This document shows, piece after piece, positions 61,319 to 64,000 of a stretch of 64,000 nt of DNA (positions within the stretch are counted from its first letter, which is position 1; each line of letters opens with the position of its first letter). Source of the stretch: Pseudomonadota bacterium (GTDB lineage Bacteria; Pseudomonadota; Gammaproteobacteria; Burkholderiales; JBEEJL01); assembly GCA_043744215.1 (NCBI GenBank), contig JAYTVC010000045.1, positions 1,368 to 65,367 on the forward strand. The letters run 5' to 3'. A program made the translations under genes and the position numbers. A model generated the notes under the pieces. That model saw only the letters and a program-made list of their open reading frames with translations, was not told where the DNA came from and did not search any database.

Positions 61319-62094
61319 GCGTTCTGCTCGAAGCGCGCCATATTAAAAAATGTTTTGGCGGGCTCGAAGCCTTGGGCGACGTATCGCTCACCATCAAGCG
61401 CGGCGAAATCTACGGCCTCATCGGCCCCAACGGCGCGGGCAAAACCACTTTTTTCAACGTGCTCACCGGTCTCTACAAACTAGACGGCAAGGACGATCGC
61501 GGCGACGTACTGTTCAACGGGAAAATAATTTCCCAATCCGAACCCCATCAAGTTGCGCAACTCGGCATCGCGCGCACGTTTCAAAATATCCGCTTGTTCG
61601 CCAACATGACGGCGCTGGAAAACGTGATGGTCGGTCGCCATGTGCGCACCCACGCAGGCGTCATCGGCGCGGTGATGCGCGGTAAACGCACGCGCGACGA
61701 AGAAAATGCCATTCGCACGAAATCAACGCAACTACTTGATTATATTGAAATTTCTCATCGCTCTCACGACCTCGCCAAACATCTATCTTATGGCGACCAG
61801 CGCCGTCTCGAAATCGCACGCGCGTTGGCAACCGAGCCGAAACTATTGGCGCTCGACGAACCGGCCGCGGGCATGAACGCGACGGAAACGGTAGCGTTGA
61901 AAAGTTTGTTGGAAAAAATTCGCGCCGATGGGATCACGATTTTGCTCATCGAACACGACGTGAAACTGGTTATGGGTTTATGCGACCGCGTGGCCGTGCT
62001 CGATTACGGCAAAAAAATCGCCGAAGGGTTTCCTGTCGACGTGCAAAAAAATCCGGCGGTGATCGAAGCCTATCTCGGAGGCGCACTTGCTTAG
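61315..62094 (+). CDS. livG: LIV-type ABC ATP-binding protein (LivG-like)
   Basis: Walker A GPNGAGKTT, signature LSYGDQRRLEIARAL, Walker B LLALDEPAAGM. Start trimmed to ATG 61315. Confidence 0.9.
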   Translation: MSVLLEARHIKKCFGGLEALGDVSLTIKRGEIYGLIGPNGAGKTTFFNVLTGLYKLDGKDDRGDVLFNGKIISQSEPHQVAQLGIARTFQNIRLFANMTALENVMVGRHVRTHAGVIGAVMRGKRTRDEENAIRTKSTQLLDYIEISHRSHDLAKHLSYGDQRRLEIARALATEPKLLALDEPAAGMNATETVALKSLLEKIRADGITILLIEHDVKLVMGLCDRVAVLDYGKKIAEGFPVDVQKNPAVIEAYLGGALA

Positions 62095-62791
62095 CGTTAA
62101 AGACCTGCGCGTTTCTTACGGCGGCATTAATGCCGTGAAAGGCATTTCATTCGACGTGAAGCAGGGCGAGCTCGTTTGCCTCATCGGTGCCAACGGGGCC
62201 GGCAAAACCACGACCCTCAAAGCCCTGTGCGGCCAAGTGCCGATTCACAGCGGCAGCGCGCACTATGAAAATTTGAATCTGCGCCAGACGCAGCCCCATC
62301 AACTTATTCAACACGGCATCGCGCTGGTGCCCGAAGGCCGTGGCGTGTTCGCGCGCATGAGCATCGAAGAAAATTTATTCATGGGCGCTTACACGCGCAA
62401 CGATACGGCTGAAATAAAATCCGACCTGGAAAAAGTTTACGCGCTGTTCACTCGTTTGCAGGAGCGCCGCACACAACTGGCCGGCACCCTCTCCGGCGGT
62501 GAACAGCAAATGCTCGCCATCGGCCGCGCGTTGATGAGCCGCCCGAAATTATTATTGCTCGACGAACCGAGCATGGGTCTCGCGCCGTTGATGGTGCAAA
62601 AAATTTTCGACGTGATCAAAAAAATTTCCAGCGAAGGCGTGACGATTTTGCTCATCGAACAGAACGCCAAACTCGCGCTGGAAGTTTCGTCGCGCGGTTA
62701 CGTATTAGACAGCGGACGGATTACGCTGGCAGACCACGCAGCCACTTTGTTACACAATCCGCAGGTGCGTCACGCCTATTTAGGAGAATAA
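62087..62791 (+). CDS. livF: LIV-type ABC ATP-binding protein (LivF-like)
   Basis: TTG start. Walker A GANGAGKTT, signature LSGGEQQML, Walker B LLLLDEPS. Confidence 0.9.
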   Translation: MLSVKDLRVSYGGINAVKGISFDVKQGELVCLIGANGAGKTTTLKALCGQVPIHSGSAHYENLNLRQTQPHQLIQHGIALVPEGRGVFARMSIEENLFMGAYTRNDTAEIKSDLEKVYALFTRLQERRTQLAGTLSGGEQQMLAIGRALMSRPKLLLLDEPSMGLAPLMVQKIFDVIKKISSEGVTILLIEQNAKLALEVSSRGYVLDSGRITLADHAATLLHNPQVRHAYLGE

Positions 62792-62964
62792 ATTAATGAA
62801 TATAATCAATTATTTATGTCGCTATCGCGCTAATGTGTTTTGAATCACTTCAAACTGGTTAGAATCGCTATATCATCGAGCAACGCAGTTGTTACATTGA
62901 ATATTTACTGCCCCGAATTTGAATACAACACTGCAAGCCAAATTAAATTATAAGGACTACAAAC

Positions 62965-63999
62965 ATGAACAAGATTCAAAAACTGATACCCGTGTTGTTG
63001 ACTAGCGTTGTGCTTGGCGCATGCGGTGGTGGCGGTAGCTCGACACCCACACCGGCTCCTGTACCCACGCCTACGCCGGCTCCTACGCCAGCGCCAACGC
63101 CCGCTCCTACCCTCAACATTACCGATCTGAATATGGAAGCGACGGCCAATGCAGCTTACGGCACAGGCAGTTTGATTTCTACTTTAACCAACTACCCGCT
63201 CACCGTTGGCGTAGTGACGAATGCAAACGCTGCTTTTAATCTGAAGGCGTTTGTGCAAACGCAACTGCAAAGCGCATTGCAGGAAAGCATGACCAGCACG
63301 GCAGTGGGCGTTGTTCTCGCGCCACAGACTAAAGCGTGCGCGGCGGGCGGCAGCGTAACCATCCAGGCTACCGATGCCGATAACAGCAATTCGTTAACGG
63401 CGGGAGACTCGCTTAAATACACCTACAATAACTGCATTGCCAACGCGACGAACGGCATTGCGCTTAACGGCGGATTGACCCTGACGTTTACCAACATAGT
63501 CGGTACGATTGGCGCAAATAACAATTTCCAATTAGGCACCAACATGTCTTTCGCGCCAGTCATGATTTCCAGCGCGACCCTTGGCACATTTAATTTGAAC
63601 GGCATTGTGACTTCAAACACGACCAATGTGGTCGGCGGCGATGCCTCAAACACGCTGACATTGCCTTCATTTACGTTAGCAAGTGGCCCGAACGTGCTCA
63701 GTTATGTAAATTTTGTCACGTCTGAAAAAACCAACGCCGTCAACGGCACGTATACCAACTCATCTCAGGGCACGATTACAGACTCCTCAGTCGGTACTTT
63801 CGCTTTGACCACACTGACACCTTTTCAGGGCTTTGGGGCAGCCAAGCCTTCAACCGGCAAACTGAAAATAGCTGGCGCAAATTCCAGCTTGTATGTAACG
63901 GCCCTCGACCCATTCGCTGTCAAACTGGAATTGGATCGGGATAACAACGGTATTATTGACTTGACGCGCACCGTAGCATGGTCCGTCGTTAGCCAATAA
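62965..63999 (+). CDS. lipoprotein of unknown function with a Pro/Thr-rich linker
   Basis: Lipobox LGACG and a (TPAP)n linker, then a Thr/Asn/Gly/Ser-rich, probably beta-rich body. DRDNNGIID near the C-terminus. The stop is at the window end. Confidence 0.75.
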   Translation: MNKIQKLIPVLLTSVVLGACGGGGSSTPTPAPVPTPTPAPTPAPTPAPTLNITDLNMEATANAAYGTGSLISTLTNYPLTVGVVTNANAAFNLKAFVQTQLQSALQESMTSTAVGVVLAPQTKACAAGGSVTIQATDADNSNSLTAGDSLKYTYNNCIANATNGIALNGGLTLTFTNIVGTIGANNNFQLGTNMSFAPVMISSATLGTFNLNGIVTSNTTNVVGGDASNTLTLPSFTLASGPNVLSYVNFVTSEKTNAVNGTYTNSSQGTITDSSVGTFALTTLTPFQGFGAAKPSTGKLKIAGANSSLYVTALDPFAVKLELDRDNNGIIDLTRTVAWSVVSQ

Positions 64000-64000
64000 C

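Noticed and set aside
63028-63110. A CCN/ACN-rich repetitive DNA stretch, considered as a non-coding tandem repeat.
   Set aside because: It is in-frame inside the lipoprotein ORF and encodes a Pro/Thr linker (TPTPAPVPTPTPAPTPAPTPAPT).

Overview
This 64-kb window looks like a core-chromosome segment of a Gram-negative bacterium. It is probably a betaproteobacterium, which I infer only from gene content and order: leuS-lptE-holA-proA-nadD-rsfS-rlmH-maf-rng on the minus strand, and thrB-LOG divergent from polA. I support about 50 CDS.

Main gene content:
- hrpA
- two LIV-type ABC importers
- lutABC with a divergent IclR regulator
- a 2-hydroxyacid dehydrogenase pair
- a beta-oxidation cluster (acyl-CoA ligase, thioesterase, FadN-type enzyme, thiolase)
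- two GGDEF proteins
- uvrD and polA
- a translationally coupled DUF898-M48 peptidase pair

By eye I recognised no rRNA, tRNA, CRISPR array, transposase, integrase or known defence genes. I did not find a convincing novel multi-gene protein system.

The unusual signals are mostly non-coding:
1. A 321-bp insertion between lutA and lutB built from direct and inverted arrays of an 8-nt tandem repeat (CACAGAGR).
2. A 791-bp ORF-poor spacer downstream of hrpA. It holds a roughly 130-nt long imperfect hairpin and a roughly 160-nt multi-helix GC-rich domain that I could not assign to any known RNA family.
3. A heptamer tandem repeat in the FadN-thiolase spacer.
4. A recurrent AT-rich motif of about 19-23 nt at several gene boundaries.

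Protein-level oddities include an RsfS with a histone-H1-like Lys/Ala/Pro tail and an apparent internally deleted remnant of a PQQ-type sugar dehydrogenase. All functional calls rest on motifs read from the translations. No database search was run.
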